Counted from the stretch's first letter, positions 38,703-50,300 are shown. The stretch is 64,000 bases of DNA from Desulfobacterales bacterium (GCA_016342285.1 JAEINQ010000002.1:1-64000), one strand, 5' to 3'. Translations and numbers: made by a program. Notes: a model not told the origin generated them from the sequence alone.

Positions 38703-41006
38703 ATGCCAAGGATGAAACGAAAAAAAGGCGACCACTTCAACCTGCTCTGCGATATCGGGGAGTTGGCCGGTTTGCTGGCCGGAAGCGACAATATCGAGCA
38801 GTTCCTTCAGCAGACCGTGGTGATGGTGGCGCGCCATCTCGACGCCCCTGTCGGATCCATCTATCTCTATGAAGAGGCGACCCGGCACCTGGTGCTCCGG
38901 GCCACGGTGGGACTGAACCCGGCGGCCGTGGGAAAGGTCCGGTTGTCCATCGGCGAGGGGCTGGTGGGCAAGACCATGGAGCGCAAGCGTCACCTGCGGG
39001 AAGGGCGTGCCAGCGGCAACCCCCACTTCAAATTCTTCGAAGAGGCGGACGAGGCCCGCTTTGAATCGTTTCTCGCGGTCCCCCTGATTCGCGGCGACCA
39101 GAATATCGGCGTGCTGGTGGTCCAGCACGAACAGGAGGACTATTTCGACGAGGTGGATGCCATGGCCCTGCGTGCAACGGCTTCACAACTCGCCGGGTCC
39201 GTGGAAAACGCCCGGTTGATGTTCCATTTTCAGCGCATGGGCAGCACAACACCGGTCGCCGAGGCCACAGACCGCCTCGGTCTGATCAAGGGGGAATCCG
39301 GTGCGGCCGGTTTTGCCCTGGCCCCCATCGCGGTTTTCAAAAGCGGCCACGGTCCGCTGCTGGCATACCGGCCCGACACCGAATTCGCGTCGACCCTGGC
39401 CGGTTTCCGCAAGGCGGTGGACAATACCCACCAACAGCTCAAGACCCTTCAGGCCCGGCTGGCCCAGCGGCTTCCCGAGAGCGCCGCGTTGATTTTCGAA
39501 GCCCATTTCATGATCCTCAAGGACGCACGGTTCGTGGCCCGCATGGCGGAGAAAATCGAATCCGGCCTCTCTCCTCCCGAGGCCGTCAGGTCCGTGGCCC
39601 GGTATTACATGGACCTGTTTTCATCCAGTTCCAGCGCCTACCTGCGGGAGAAGACCCATGACATCGAAGACCTTGCCCGGCGCATCCTGCGGAACCTGAG
39701 ACAGATCGGGACCGACGATACGGACCTTTGCAGCGGCCGCATCGTCATCGCCAGAGAACTCTTCCCTTCTGACGTATTGAAGCTGGCCTCCGAGGACGTT
39801 CGCGGCATCATTCTGGTCAGCGGCGGGGTGACCTCCCATGTGGCCATTTTGTCGCGGTCCCTTCAGATCCCGCTGGTGATCGCCGACAGGCCGGACCTGC
39901 TCGATCTGCCCGACAACACGCCGGTGCTGGTGGACGCGGATATGGGCAATATCTACGTGAATCCAGACCGGGAGGTGAAAAAGCGGTTTCAGGCCCGGGA
40001 AACAGCCAAGAAGCGGGCCGCCGAAACAACCGGCCCGCCGCCGGACGAGACCCGCACCGCCGACGGCCTGCGGGTGCATCTGATGGCCAACATCAACCTG
40101 CTCGGCGAACTGGTCCTGGCCCGACGGTTGCGGGCCGACGGGGTCGGGCTCTACCGCACGGAATTCCCCTTTCTGGTTCGGTCCACCTTTCCGTCCGAGG
40201 AAGAACAGATGCCGATTTACCGGCGTTTGATCGAAGAGATGGCCGGCCAGGTGGTCACCATCCGGACCCTGGATATCGGAGGGGAGAAAAACCTGCCCTA
40301 TCTCGATTCAACCGTGGAGGCCAATCCGGAGTTGGGACTTCGTTCCATCCGGTTTTCCCTGAGATACGGGGATATCTTTGCCCAGCAGCTCCGGGCGATT
40401 TTAAGGGCGGGGGCCGGCGCGGCGCAGCTCCGGATCATGTTTCCCATGATCTCTTCTATCGATGAGTTGCGTCAGGCCCGGCAGGCGGTGGCCGAGGCGG
40501 CGGCCTCACTTGCTGTCGACGGGCTGGAACACAACCCGACGCCGAAGCTGGGCATGATGGTGGAACTGCCCGCCGTACTGGACATCATTGACGACTTTGC
40601 CGCCGAGGTGGATTTCTTCTCCATCGGCACCAATGATTTCATTCAATACATGCTGGCCGTGGATCGCTGCAACAAGACCGTGGCCGACTACTACCGGCCC
40701 TATCACCCGGCGGTGCTCAGGGGCATCGACCGGGTTGTCCGGGCCGCCCGTTGCGCGGGTAAAGAGGTGGCGGTCTGCGGCGAGATGGGGCATATGCCGG
40801 TTTTTATCACCTTTTTGATCGGCATCGGGCTGACCCGGTTTAGCGTCGACCCCCAGTTCATTCCCCAGGTGCGCCGGCACCTGGCTGCCCTGGACACGGC
40901 AATGGCCGCCGCTTTTGCCGCGGCGCTGCTAAAAGAAACGTCGCTGTCCGCAATGAAAGAGATTCTCAACACCCACCCGGAGGCCTGCCATGACCCGAAC
41001 CCCTGA
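38703..41006 (+). CDS. ptsP: Phosphoenolpyruvate-protein phosphotransferase of the nitrogen PTS (EI-Ntr, PtsP) with an N-terminal GAF domain
   Basis: GAF domain, then PEP-utilizing enzyme domains (conserved-His region GGVTSHVAILSRS, PEP-binding TIM barrel with the CGEM motif); start at ATG 38703. Confidence 0.85.
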   Translation: MPRMKRKKGDHFNLLCDIGELAGLLAGSDNIEQFLQQTVVMVARHLDAPVGSIYLYEEATRHLVLRATVGLNPAAVGKVRLSIGEGLVGKTMERKRHLREGRASGNPHFKFFEEADEARFESFLAVPLIRGDQNIGVLVVQHEQEDYFDEVDAMALRATASQLAGSVENARLMFHFQRMGSTTPVAEATDRLGLIKGESGAAGFALAPIAVFKSGHGPLLAYRPDTEFASTLAGFRKAVDNTHQQLKTLQARLAQRLPESAALIFEAHFMILKDARFVARMAEKIESGLSPPEAVRSVARYYMDLFSSSSSAYLREKTHDIEDLARRILRNLRQIGTDDTDLCSGRIVIARELFPSDVLKLASEDVRGIILVSGGVTSHVAILSRSLQIPLVIADRPDLLDLPDNTPVLVDADMGNIYVNPDREVKKRFQARETAKKRAAETTGPPPDETRTADGLRVHLMANINLLGELVLARRLRADGVGLYRTEFPFLVRSTFPSEEEQMPIYRRLIEEMAGQVVTIRTLDIGGEKNLPYLDSTVEANPELGLRSIRFSLRYGDIFAQQLRAILRAGAGAAQLRIMFPMISSIDELRQARQAVAEAAASLAVDGLEHNPTPKLGMMVELPAVLDIIDDFAAEVDFFSIGTNDFIQYMLAVDRCNKTVADYYRPYHPAVLRGIDRVVRAARCAGKEVAVCGEMGHMPVFITFLIGIGLTRFSVDPQFIPQVRRHLAALDTAMAAAFAAALLKETSLSAMKEILNTHPEACHDPNP

Positions 41007-41562
41007 GGACCGTTCCAAATGGAAAGCCGTGCATACGCGAAAGATCGATATGCGGACCTTTGAGACCGGTCCGGGCGCCATTGTCGTGGAAGGCACCCTC
41101 ATCGATGATCGACTCTATGCCACCTATCCCATGTCCGGTGAACGGCGCCCGCCGGGTGTTGTCCACCATATGACCATCCGCATGCATGTGGTGGGCCCGG
41201 ATCTGACCATTGAGGCCATTGAGGTGGCGATGCCGGCGGTTCCCAGGGAGGAATGTCGTGAAACCCAGTCGTCCCTGGACAGGCTTCTCGGGATGCGTAT
41301 TGCGGCGGGGTTTACCGAAAAGGTCAAGGCGCAAATCGGTGGGGCTGCCGGGTGTACCCACCTGACCGCCCTGCTGCTGGCCATGGCGCCGGCTGCGGTT
41401 CAAGGGTTCTGGGCCGCCATATCCCAAAAGGCGATGGATCCGGCCCTGTACGGCGACAGGGCCGTGACATTTCTGACCGACACCTGCCGGGTCTGGCGCC
41501 GGGACGGTCCACTGATGGCGGAATTTAAAAGCAATCTCGAAACAGCCGCCGAAGACAAATGA
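40990..41562 (+). CDS. DUF2889 family protein, translationally coupled to ptsP
   Basis: GGAAGCTHLTALLLAMAP motif characteristic of DUF2889; 17-nt overlap with the ptsP 3' end. Confidence 0.6.
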   Translation: MTRTPEDRSKWKAVHTRKIDMRTFETGPGAIVVEGTLIDDRLYATYPMSGERRPPGVVHHMTIRMHVVGPDLTIEAIEVAMPAVPREECRETQSSLDRLLGMRIAAGFTEKVKAQIGGAAGCTHLTALLLAMAPAAVQGFWAAISQKAMDPALYGDRAVTFLTDTCRVWRRDGPLMAEFKSNLETAAEDK

Positions 41563-41870
41563 TTTTAGCCTCCATCAAATCTCTCCTATGGGGCAACCTG
41601 CATCTCAAAGCATGGCGACATCTGTCTGCGGGCCAAAGCGACTCAAATGCCGCTCTGATCGCATTGTTTTGGGTGAAACATACGGGTAGGATACGGGTCA
41701 ATGGTTAGGGCGGTATTCGCTGGTTTCCATCCATAAGTGGCATTTTTGGATTGGAAGCGTTTACAGGTGCCGGTCCACTGAAGAACGATTCGAGAATGGA
41801 CGTTAGCGGGTGGGGTGGGGCGGGGTTCGGTCCTGGCTGCCGGTGGTGTCGGCGGTTTGTCGGGTGCGTA

Positions 41871-42305
41871 TCAATGCCGGGTCAGGGTCAGGCCGTCCTT
41901 TCCGAAATGATTGCCTGAATGGACAAGCTGATTTTCGACCCTTTCAAAGCTCAGGACACCCTTGGCGCCGCTGTCGCTGCTCAGGTGCAGGTTGATGCGG
42001 TCCGGAAAGTCGCTGTGGTCCCAGCGGCCGTATCGTATGGCGACGGTTTTGGGCGGCTGGCCCAAGTCCTTTTCGGCCAGCAGGCAGGTGCCGTCGGAAT
42101 AGAGCGTTAGGGTGACCACCCGGCCCATTTCGGCGGCCCGGGGAAGCAGGGCCTCGTAAATGCCGGCAAGATTGTTGAGGTAGTCGGTTTCTTGGAATTT
42201 GTCTTCGGGTTTGCCGCTCTGGGTCATGTTCTTACATCCGACCCACAACAGGGCAACAAGAACGATGACCCCCAGCCGGGTGATTCTGTTTTTGATCACG
42301 ACCAC
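41871..42305 (-). CDS. Putative lipoprotein (NlpE N-terminal domain-like)
   Basis: Lipobox LLWVGC after the signal peptide; weak resemblance to the NlpE_N beta-barrel region. Confidence 0.45.
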   Translation of the reverse strand: MVVIKNRITRLGVIVLVALLWVGCKNMTQSGKPEDKFQETDYLNNLAGIYEALLPRAAEMGRVVTLTLYSDGTCLLAEKDLGQPPKTVAIRYGRWDHSDFPDRINLHLSSDSGAKGVLSFERVENQLVHSGNHFGKDGLTLTRH

Positions 42306-42371
42306 CTCACAAAGGTGAAGGTTATTTTCTGTGATAGCGATACGTTACCATAAAACAAAAAGGCGGAGAAA

Positions 42372-42938
42372 TCAAACCCGCTCTCCGGGGGCGAGCCGGC
42401 ATTCCAGAAAGAGGGCGCCGGGAATCGGGTTGTGGCAGTAGGCGGCAATGGGCTCAAACCCCAGATCCGTATACAGGGCCAAGGCCCGGGCCATGGCGGG
42501 CACGGTGTCGAGCCGCATACTGCGGTAGCCGAGCTTGGCCGCCTCTTCCAAGACGGCCTCAGCAAGCCGTCTGCCGATTCTCCGGCCCCGGTACTTTGAC
42601 CGTACATAGAGGCGCTTCATTTCGCAGATTCCCGGCTTGTACCGTCGCACCGCAACGCATCCGGCCGCCGTTTCGCCGTCCATGGCCAGCAGCAGAAGAC
42701 CCCGTGGCGTCGCGTAGTTGCCCGGAAGCGTTTCCATTTCCGTATCGAAACGCTGGAAGTTCAGATCGAAATCCAGGGACCTTGCGTATTCCAGAAACAG
42801 GGTCCGGATCAATTCCAGGTCCTGCTCCGTGGCCACGCGAACGATGCGGGTGCCGGATTTGTCCATGCGATACGGCGGGCCGCGGAAAACATCGCCAAAG
42901 GGCAGCGGTAATTGACCTGTGCGTCGGCTTGTGGTCAT
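42372..42938 (-). CDS. GNAT family N-acetyltransferase
   Basis: Acetyl-CoA binding motif A RGRRIGRRLAEAVLEEA. Confidence 0.8.
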   Translation of the reverse strand: MTTSRRTGQLPLPFGDVFRGPPYRMDKSGTRIVRVATEQDLELIRTLFLEYARSLDFDLNFQRFDTEMETLPGNYATPRGLLLLAMDGETAAGCVAVRRYKPGICEMKRLYVRSKYRGRRIGRRLAEAVLEEAAKLGYRSMRLDTVPAMARALALYTDLGFEPIAAYCHNPIPGALFLECRLAPGERV

Positions 42939-43076
42939 ATGGTGCCCGGAACATTCCTAAGTGCCCTCGCTTCATGTAAGAACCGATGGGTGGGCACGAT
43001 TTGAGGGGATGGGAACCTTTGATATCCATATAGTACAAAACGCCGGAAGAAACAAAAGATAAGGACCATTACCGGA

Positions 43077-45920
43077 ATGATGACGCCGTTGTCCCAAGCC
43101 TGCCGTAAACTGCCCCTGGACCGACTCGCAGCGCGTATCTGCGGTGATCTGGTGTGCGACCGGGTCGGACGGATCCTGGTTGCCACCGACGGTTCCATCT
43201 TCGAGCGGCTTCCTGTTGCCGTGGTCTATCCCCGATCGGTGACGGATGTGGTGGAGACGGTCCGGTTTGCCGCTACCCACCATCTGGGTGTCCATCCCCG
43301 GGGGGCCGGCAGCGGCCTGTGCGGATCTGCCATAGGCGATGGCCTGGTGATCGATTTCACCCGGTACATGAACCGGCTTTTGTCGCTGAACGCGGCCGAA
43401 GGATGGTTTGAATGCGAACCCGGTTATCGTCTGGGACAACTTGAGGTCGATGCGGCAGGCACGGCGCTTTTCTTTCCGCCGGATCCCTCCAGCGGGGAGT
43501 ATGCTTCTTTTGGCGGCATGGTTGCCACCAATGCCAGCGGTGCCCATTCGGTTAAATACGGCAATGTGGCCGATTACCTGCAGGACGCACAGGTGGTGAT
43601 GGCTGACGGATCCGTCGTTGACCTGGGCGCCCTGGGCCGCCTTTGCGAAAAGGATCTCGACGGGCGTTTTTCCGCTTTGCATGGGCTATACACGCGCAAC
43701 CGGGAGAAAATCGCCGGCGCCTACCCCCCGGTGCGATTCAACACCTGCGGATACAATCTGCGCGACATGGTTCGAGACGGACGGCTCGATCTTCGGGGGC
43801 TTTTTGCCGGGGCCGAGGGAACCCTGGGGGTGCTCACCCGGCTTCGGTTTCGCCTGCTGCCCCGACCGGCCCACGATAGCCTGGTGGTGGCGCTCATGGA
43901 CGATATCCGCCTATCGGCCCGGGCGGTCCAGCAGATTCTCCCCATGGGGCCGTCGGGCATCGAGATCATGGATAAATCACTGCTGGACCTGGCACGATCA
44001 GAGGACCCTGCTCTGGCGGGGAAGATTCCGGAAGGCGTAGACAACGTCCTTCTCATCGAATTCGATGGCCAGGACCGTGACGCCTGCACCCGCCAGGCCG
44101 ATGCCGCGGTGCGCCTGCTCCAAGGGCAGGGTTTGACCGACCGGGTCTACCCGGCTGTATCGCCGGAGGAAAAAGCGCGCTTCTGGGCTGTTCGAAAAGC
44201 GGCGGTGCCGATTCTCTACAAACTGCGGGGCAGGCGCAAGATTCTGGCGCTGATCGAGGATGCGGCGGTTCCCACGGACAGCCTTGTGACCTATTTTGAC
44301 GGACTTTACGAGATACTCCACCGCCACGGGGTTCGTTTCGTCATTTACGGGCACATCGCCAAGGGGCTTTTGCACACCCGGCCCCTGCTGGACCTGAGAG
44401 ACCCGGTCGATGTCGACCTGTTGCGGCTACTGGCCGACGACGTCTTTGACCTGGTTCGCGGACTGGGGGGGTCGATCTCCGGCGAACACGGCGACGGTCG
44501 GCTGCGAAGCCCCTATGTCCGTCGGCAGTACCCGGAGATTTACCCCCTCTTTGAGCAAGTCAAATCGATTCTCGACCCGTCCGGGATTTTCAACCCGGAG
44601 ATCATCACGGTCCACGATCCGGATCAGATGCGCCGGCACCTGCGTTTCGGCGCCGATTACCGAAGCCGGGACCTGGCGCCGCAAGAGCTGCGCTGGCCCG
44701 AAGGGTTTGTGGAAGAGGTGGAGAAGTGCCACGGATGCAGTAAATGCACCACCCTGACCACCGCCACGCGCATGTGCCCGGTGTACAAGTTTACCAGGGA
44801 GGAAGCCGCCACGCCCCGGGCCAAGGCCAATGTGCTTCGGGCACTGATCAGTGGTGTGCTGCCCGAAGAAGAACTTTTTCGAGCGGCCCTTCAGGGGGTG
44901 ATGAACCAGTGTGTCAACTGCGGCAGTTGCCACAGCGAGTGCCCGTCGGGGGTCAATATTCCGAAAATGGCCATGGAGGCCCGGGCCCGATATGTGAAGC
45001 GATTCGGTCCGTCCCTGGCGGCCCGGTTCATGGTGAGCGCGGAGCTGGCCGGTCGCTATACCCGCCATGTATCCAAGCTATTCAACCCGGTCATGGAGAC
45101 GGCGCCCATGCGAGCGATCGCCCAGCGTTTGGCCGGGTTTTCCGCCCAACGCGACCGGGTGGTCTTTGCCGCCCGGTCCCTGTTCGATCGACTGCCGGAA
45201 CGGATGGGCGCAGGCGATCTTAATGTGCTCTATTTTGCCGGTTGCTACGCTGGCTACATGCACCCGGAGATCGGCATGGCCGCGGTGCGGGTGCTGACCG
45301 CTGCCGGCGCCACGGTTTTTTTGCCCCGGCAGCACTGTTGCGGCCTTCCCATGATTTCCAAGGGGATGCGTGATCAGGCCCGAGAAAAAATCCTTTCGAA
45401 CCTGCGCCTCTGGGAGACCCTGGCCGAACAGGCCGATCGGATTGTGGTGACCTGCAGCTCCTGCGGCCTCTCTTTGATGCAGGAGTGGGGCTATCTGCTC
45501 GACCCGGACCGGGCCCACCGGATCCGGGAAAAGACCGTCCACATCAGTGCCCTGATTCTTGAGCGAATGGACCGGTTGCGGTTTAATGCCCAGCCCCTGA
45601 CCGTGGGCTACCACGCCCCGTGCCACCTCCGGGTCCAGCCGGATGCCGACAGCAGCGTCCGCATGATGGCCGCCCTTCCCGGCGTCGGTGTGGAAGATCT
45701 CAAAAGTCACTGCTGCGGCATGGCCGGAAGCTGGGGGATGACCAAAGAAAACTTCGATCTGAGCCAGGCCATCGGCGCCCCCATGATTCAACGCCTTGAC
45801 GGTTGCCAAGCAACCATAGGGGTTACCGATTGTCCCACCTGTCGCATGCAGATGGAACAGTTTTCCCGAAAACCGATTTTCCACCCGGTGGAGATCGTGG
45901 CCGAGCGACTGGCGAAATGA
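43077..45920 (+). CDS. FAD-linked oxidase (GlcD/D-lactate dehydrogenase-like) fused to 4Fe-4S and CCG (GlpC/HdrD-like) domains
   Basis: FAD-binding PCMH domain, then a C.GCSKC...CP / C.NCGSC...CP ferredoxin motif and two Cys-rich CCG repeats; 947 aa. Confidence 0.8.
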   Translation: MMTPLSQACRKLPLDRLAARICGDLVCDRVGRILVATDGSIFERLPVAVVYPRSVTDVVETVRFAATHHLGVHPRGAGSGLCGSAIGDGLVIDFTRYMNRLLSLNAAEGWFECEPGYRLGQLEVDAAGTALFFPPDPSSGEYASFGGMVATNASGAHSVKYGNVADYLQDAQVVMADGSVVDLGALGRLCEKDLDGRFSALHGLYTRNREKIAGAYPPVRFNTCGYNLRDMVRDGRLDLRGLFAGAEGTLGVLTRLRFRLLPRPAHDSLVVALMDDIRLSARAVQQILPMGPSGIEIMDKSLLDLARSEDPALAGKIPEGVDNVLLIEFDGQDRDACTRQADAAVRLLQGQGLTDRVYPAVSPEEKARFWAVRKAAVPILYKLRGRRKILALIEDAAVPTDSLVTYFDGLYEILHRHGVRFVIYGHIAKGLLHTRPLLDLRDPVDVDLLRLLADDVFDLVRGLGGSISGEHGDGRLRSPYVRRQYPEIYPLFEQVKSILDPSGIFNPEIITVHDPDQMRRHLRFGADYRSRDLAPQELRWPEGFVEEVEKCHGCSKCTTLTTATRMCPVYKFTREEAATPRAKANVLRALISGVLPEEELFRAALQGVMNQCVNCGSCHSECPSGVNIPKMAMEARARYVKRFGPSLAARFMVSAELAGRYTRHVSKLFNPVMETAPMRAIAQRLAGFSAQRDRVVFAARSLFDRLPERMGAGDLNVLYFAGCYAGYMHPEIGMAAVRVLTAAGATVFLPRQHCCGLPMISKGMRDQAREKILSNLRLWETLAEQADRIVVTCSSCGLSLMQEWGYLLDPDRAHRIREKTVHISALILERMDRLRFNAQPLTVGYHAPCHLRVQPDADSSVRMMAALPGVGVEDLKSHCCGMAGSWGMTKENFDLSQAIGAPMIQRLDGCQATIGVTDCPTCRMQMEQFSRKPIFHPVEIVAERLAK

Positions 45921-45978
45921 TGAGCCCGGGGCCATTTTCCCTGAATGCCCGTGAAAAACAAAATAGGAAAGTCTTGCC

Positions 45979-46611
45979 ATGACGCTTGAATTCTGGATGA
46001 TTTATGCTGCCACGGTCTTTATCGCTTCTATTGTTCCGGGGCCGAGCATGCTTCTGGCCCTGACCCATGGCATGAAATACGGTGCCGGCCGTACGGCGGC
46101 CAGCGCCGCGGGGAACGTGACCGCATCCCTGATTCAGGCGGGTATTTCCATGGCGGGGTTGGGGGCGATCCTGACCGCTTCGGAAAATCTCTTTCTGGCC
46201 GTCAAATGGGCCGGGGCCGCCTATCTGATCTTCTTGGGGCTCAGCCTCTTCCGCTCTCCCCGGATGGCCGTTTCCGTGGATACCGATTCCAACGGGGATG
46301 CCAGATCCGAATCCGCGTATCGAATGTTCGCCCAGGCCTTTCTGGTGGCCGCCGGCAATCCCAAGGCCATTGTTTTTTTCACCGCCCTGTTTCCCCAGTT
46401 TATCATTCCCGGCGGCGGCACCTGGCAGCAGGCCTTTCTCCTGATAGCCACCCTGGCCATTATCGCCTTTGGCTGCTTCATGATTTACGCCGTGGGCGGA
46501 GAGAAAATGATCGCACTGTTTTCCCGGGGATGGCTCGGCAGGCATTTGAACCGGATCGTCGGTACTGCTTTCATCGGCGCTGGCTTAGGCCTGTTTTACA
46601 GCCGGCGCTAA
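45979..46611 (+). CDS. LysE/RhtB family amino-acid exporter
   Basis: Six TM helices, N-terminal PGPSMLLALTHGM LysE signature. Confidence 0.8.
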   Translation: MTLEFWMIYAATVFIASIVPGPSMLLALTHGMKYGAGRTAASAAGNVTASLIQAGISMAGLGAILTASENLFLAVKWAGAAYLIFLGLSLFRSPRMAVSVDTDSNGDARSESAYRMFAQAFLVAAGNPKAIVFFTALFPQFIIPGGGTWQQAFLLIATLAIIAFGCFMIYAVGGEKMIALFSRGWLGRHLNRIVGTAFIGAGLGLFYSRR

Positions 46612-46692
46612 AACAGATCGCTGTTGACCGTGTAACGGTATCCATTGCTAAGCAATTTTAAACCACTTGATAGTTGACAGAATCTGAGGCCT

Positions 46693-46716
46693 CATACTAT
46701 ACATATGTTTAGTATG
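46693..46716. promoter_or_regulatory. Near-perfect 24-bp palindrome CATACTATACATATGTTTAGTATG overlapping the lexA-like start codon; candidate autoregulatory operator
   Basis: Reverse complement differs at 2 positions; located in an AT-rich upstream region. Confidence 0.4.
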
Positions 46717-47337
46717 ATTGATTTGACACCCAGGCAAGCTGAAGTTCTGGCCTTTCTTCAAGAATCGCTGCAAAAAGAACGCGTTGCACCCACGTACAGA
46801 GAAATTGCCGATCACTTTGGCTTTAAAAGTACCAAAGCGGCTTCAGATCATATCCGCGCATTGGAAAACAAAGGGCGAATCCGCAGACGCGGACGCATAT
46901 CCCGCGGTATTGAGGTGATTGCGTCTTCCACTGAATCCGAGTCGTTGAATGCTGTTTCCGTACCGATCATGGGAAATATCCCGGCAGGCCAGCCGGAACA
47001 AAAATCGGAATGCCAAATCGGTCACTTGGCCGTTGACCGGGCAATTCTCGAAGAGGCCGCTCGTCATCAACTGTTTGCCTTGCAGGTCATTGGTGACTCC
47101 ATGATCGACAGGGGGATCCATGACGGGGATTGGGTGATTGCCGATGCCGATGTGATTCCCAAGGAGAAGGACATTGTTGTCGCTTTGATTGACGGTGAAA
47201 ACACACTGAAAACCCTTGCCAAAAGGAACCGACGATTCTATCTAAAGGCTGAAAATCCCTCCCACCAGGATTGGATGCCCCTTGGCGAATTGATCATACA
47301 GGGCGTTGCCAGGACAATCATCAGGCGGATATCCTGA
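46705..47337 (+). CDS. lexA: LexA-like S24-peptidase transcriptional repressor
   Basis: wHTH LTPRQAEVLAFLQE...REIADHFGFKS...IRALENKG; Ala-Gly cleavage site VPIMGNIPAGQP; catalytic GDSM Ser and Lys (TLKTL). Codon usage and GC are visibly lower than neighbouring host genes. Confidence 0.8.
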   Translation: MFSMIDLTPRQAEVLAFLQESLQKERVAPTYREIADHFGFKSTKAASDHIRALENKGRIRRRGRISRGIEVIASSTESESLNAVSVPIMGNIPAGQPEQKSECQIGHLAVDRAILEEAARHQLFALQVIGDSMIDRGIHDGDWVIADADVIPKEKDIVVALIDGENTLKTLAKRNRRFYLKAENPSHQDWMPLGELIIQGVARTIIRRIS

Positions 47338-47341
47338 AGCC

Positions 47342-50300
47342 ATGACAACTGTAACAAAAATAGATAGTCGCCTTGTGCGGGAACACCAATCAACCCCGCC
47401 GGGAATGCTGTTTTACGATTCCGTCGAAGCGGTTCGCCGTGACATCAGTCTGTTGGGCTATGTTTCCGTCGTGGAGCGCGCCTGGCAGGAGATGGATTTA
47501 AATGGGGTACTTTTTCTCGATTCCCGCCCGGTTTTGTACCTGAAAGAATATGGTCAACCAGCTTCTTCCGCGGAGCGAATCAGGCTGCAAAAACTTTTCT
47601 GGAACCAGGGGGTTGCCAATGTCCTGGTCCTGGCCGATCCCACCACAGTTTCTCTTTATTCCGGGCTGACCAAACCGCAACCGGAGCAACTTGAAGGCCC
47701 GAAAGCTGAAAAGGCTCTGATCGGCCAACCGCTGGCCCTTGCCGAATACGTCCAACAGATCCAGGCTCTGTACCATGATTTGGCGACCGGCAACTACTAT
47801 GAAAAGTATGCGGAGAGATTTAATCCAGATGAGGCCGTGGATGCAACGCTATTGAGGCATCTGAAAGAGCTACGCGATGAATTGATCAAGGGCGAGTATG
47901 GGCTGGGAATCAAAGAAGCGCATGCCATTATCGGCCGGGTTTTGTTTTTATGCTACCTGCTTGACCGGGGCATCGTTACAATCGGACCGTTGTCAATGGG
48001 GAATACGGCGACCTCTTGTTTTGCGCAAATACTGGGTGGAAAGCCCCATAAAGAGGGCATATCCTACCTGTACGGACTCTTTAACGACCTGAAGGAGCGG
48101 TTCAACGGAAATATGTTCGATCTGGATCTTGATGCCGAGAAGGAGAGCATTCAAACGGTTCATATCGAAAAACTAATTCGGTTCCTTGGCGGCCATGATG
48201 TCAAAAGCGGGCAATTAAATATATGGCCCTATGACTTCAAGATGATTCCCGTTGAAACCATCAGTGCCATCTATGAAGACTTTTTGGCCGTGGAGGACCC
48301 TGAAGGCAAAAAAGGCCAGGGTGCTTTTTATACGCCAAGATTTCTTGCGGAAATGGTGGTGGATACGGCGGTCGGTGAAGACCCCGATCTCCTGGACGGC
48401 TCCTTTCTCGATCCAGCCTGCGGTTCGGGGATTTTCCTGGTCATCCTGTTCAATCGGATTGCGAACCGATGGGTTTTCAACCAGGTCAAAACCCCGGGCT
48501 ACTTGAAAAAAGCCGAGGCATTACAAAGTATCCTGAAGCAACAAATTCGAGGCGTGGATAAAAAGGAAACCGCCTGCAGGATCGCCTGCTTCAGCCTGTA
48601 CTTGGCCTATCTCGATTTTTTTGACCCACCGGATATAATCAAATACGTGGAACGGACCGGCAGCCCCCTGCCAAAGCTTCTTCATTACGGCGATACCCCG
48701 AATCGGCCCCAAGCCGACATGCCGGTAGTTTATAAAGCAGATTTTATAAACGGCAATAGTTTGGGTGAAGAAAAATTCGATTGTATCATCGGCAATCCTC
48801 CATGGGCGGAACGGGGCAGGAAGCAATTGGCGCTAAAATTTATGGAAAAAACCCCCGATTTTCTAAAGGAAAGCGGGGTCGGTTGCCTCCTTCTGCCCAC
48901 AAAAAACCTTCATAACCAGACAGATGCATTTCAGGCCAAATGGCTGCTCCGGGTGGAATTGGAAAAGGTTATTCAACTGGCGGACTATAGCTTTCTATTG
49001 TTTAAAAACGCATTATGCCCCGCTTTCATTGCGCGCTTTAAAAACACGCCGCCTCAACCAGCTAAGCACTTGATTGAGTTTGTCGCACCCAAATTTAACA
49101 GAGACGGACTTCGACAGGGTCTAATTATTGTCAACCCATCATCGAGAACCTGGATACCACTTTCAGATATTTTGGCCGCGACTGAATTAAAAACAGCTTC
49201 CGTTTTGTGGAAACGTTGGCTTTGGGGAACATCACGAGACCAAAAGCTGATAGACCTTCTTTGGCAATTGCCATCTTTAGGGGCTCATGTAGATGTTCTC
49301 AGTGAACTTCGAAAGCAGCGGAAAGAAAGAAAAAAACGATGGATTATTGGTCAAGGGATCAAACCATGGCTTAAATCGAAGAAAAAATCCGATCGCCTAC
49401 CGAAAAAAATAATATGGCCTCTTGATACGCCTTTTATTGCAGCGAGTCCATGGCATAGCAATCAAATACTGATGGAAAGTGATACAATTCCAATAGAAGA
49501 GAGGTTGAAAAAAAAGGAATATCGAACCGATATTTTTTACAGCCAGCCGCCTCAAGATCTTTTCAAGCCCCCCATGATTGTTGTCAGCCAGGGATTTGAA
49601 AAGGTCGCCTACTGTGATTTCAATGTCCTTTTTCAACATTCGCTGCAATCAATCGCCGGCCCCAAGAATGATTCGGATTTATTGGTGTTCCTGTCGGTTT
49701 TTCTGAGGTCCAGCCTCGCGAGATACTTCCTGTTCCATACCTCGGCAAATTGGGGAACCGAAAGAGACAAGGTCCTCCTCGACGAATTGTTGCGGGTTCC
49801 CTTCCCCTTGCCGGGCCACGAGTTTGTTTCTCCTGATGGCGGTCGAATTGTGAGGCATGTTTTTACGAAGTTTAAATCTCTTCGCAGGAAACTGGTAAAA
49901 ACCTTCAATAAACTAAAACAAGACTCGACAAGATTTGCTTTATTTCCCGGTGATGAGCCGGATATCGGTTTAAGGTGGAGGAAAGAACGTAAAATACTTG
50001 TTGATGCATTTCAAAATGATATGGAGCCTTTGATTTACAACTATTTTGGTTTGACGGAACAAGAAATTGCTCTTGTTGAAGATACGATCCGAGTCTTCGA
50101 GCCCAGTTCAACGCCTCATTCTTGGCGCAGTCCGAAATCTTCTCTTGTGACATTGGACCCTTTGGAAAAAGCGAAGGCGGAACCCTATGTTAATGATGGC
50201 TTGAATGCCTATGCCGATATGTTGACCGGGACGCTGAACGGCTGGGCACAAATGGAGGGCTCCATTTATCGCGTTCGTGCAGAAGGGGGAATCAGCAAAA

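Noticed and set aside
47306-47341. Track start of the large methyltransferase ORF at 47306 (MPGQSSGGYPEAM...), overlapping the lexA-like gene by 32 nt
   Set aside because: The ATG at 47342, 4 nt after the lexA-like stop, gives a cleaner gene boundary; the upstream extension is probably read-through of the ORF finder.
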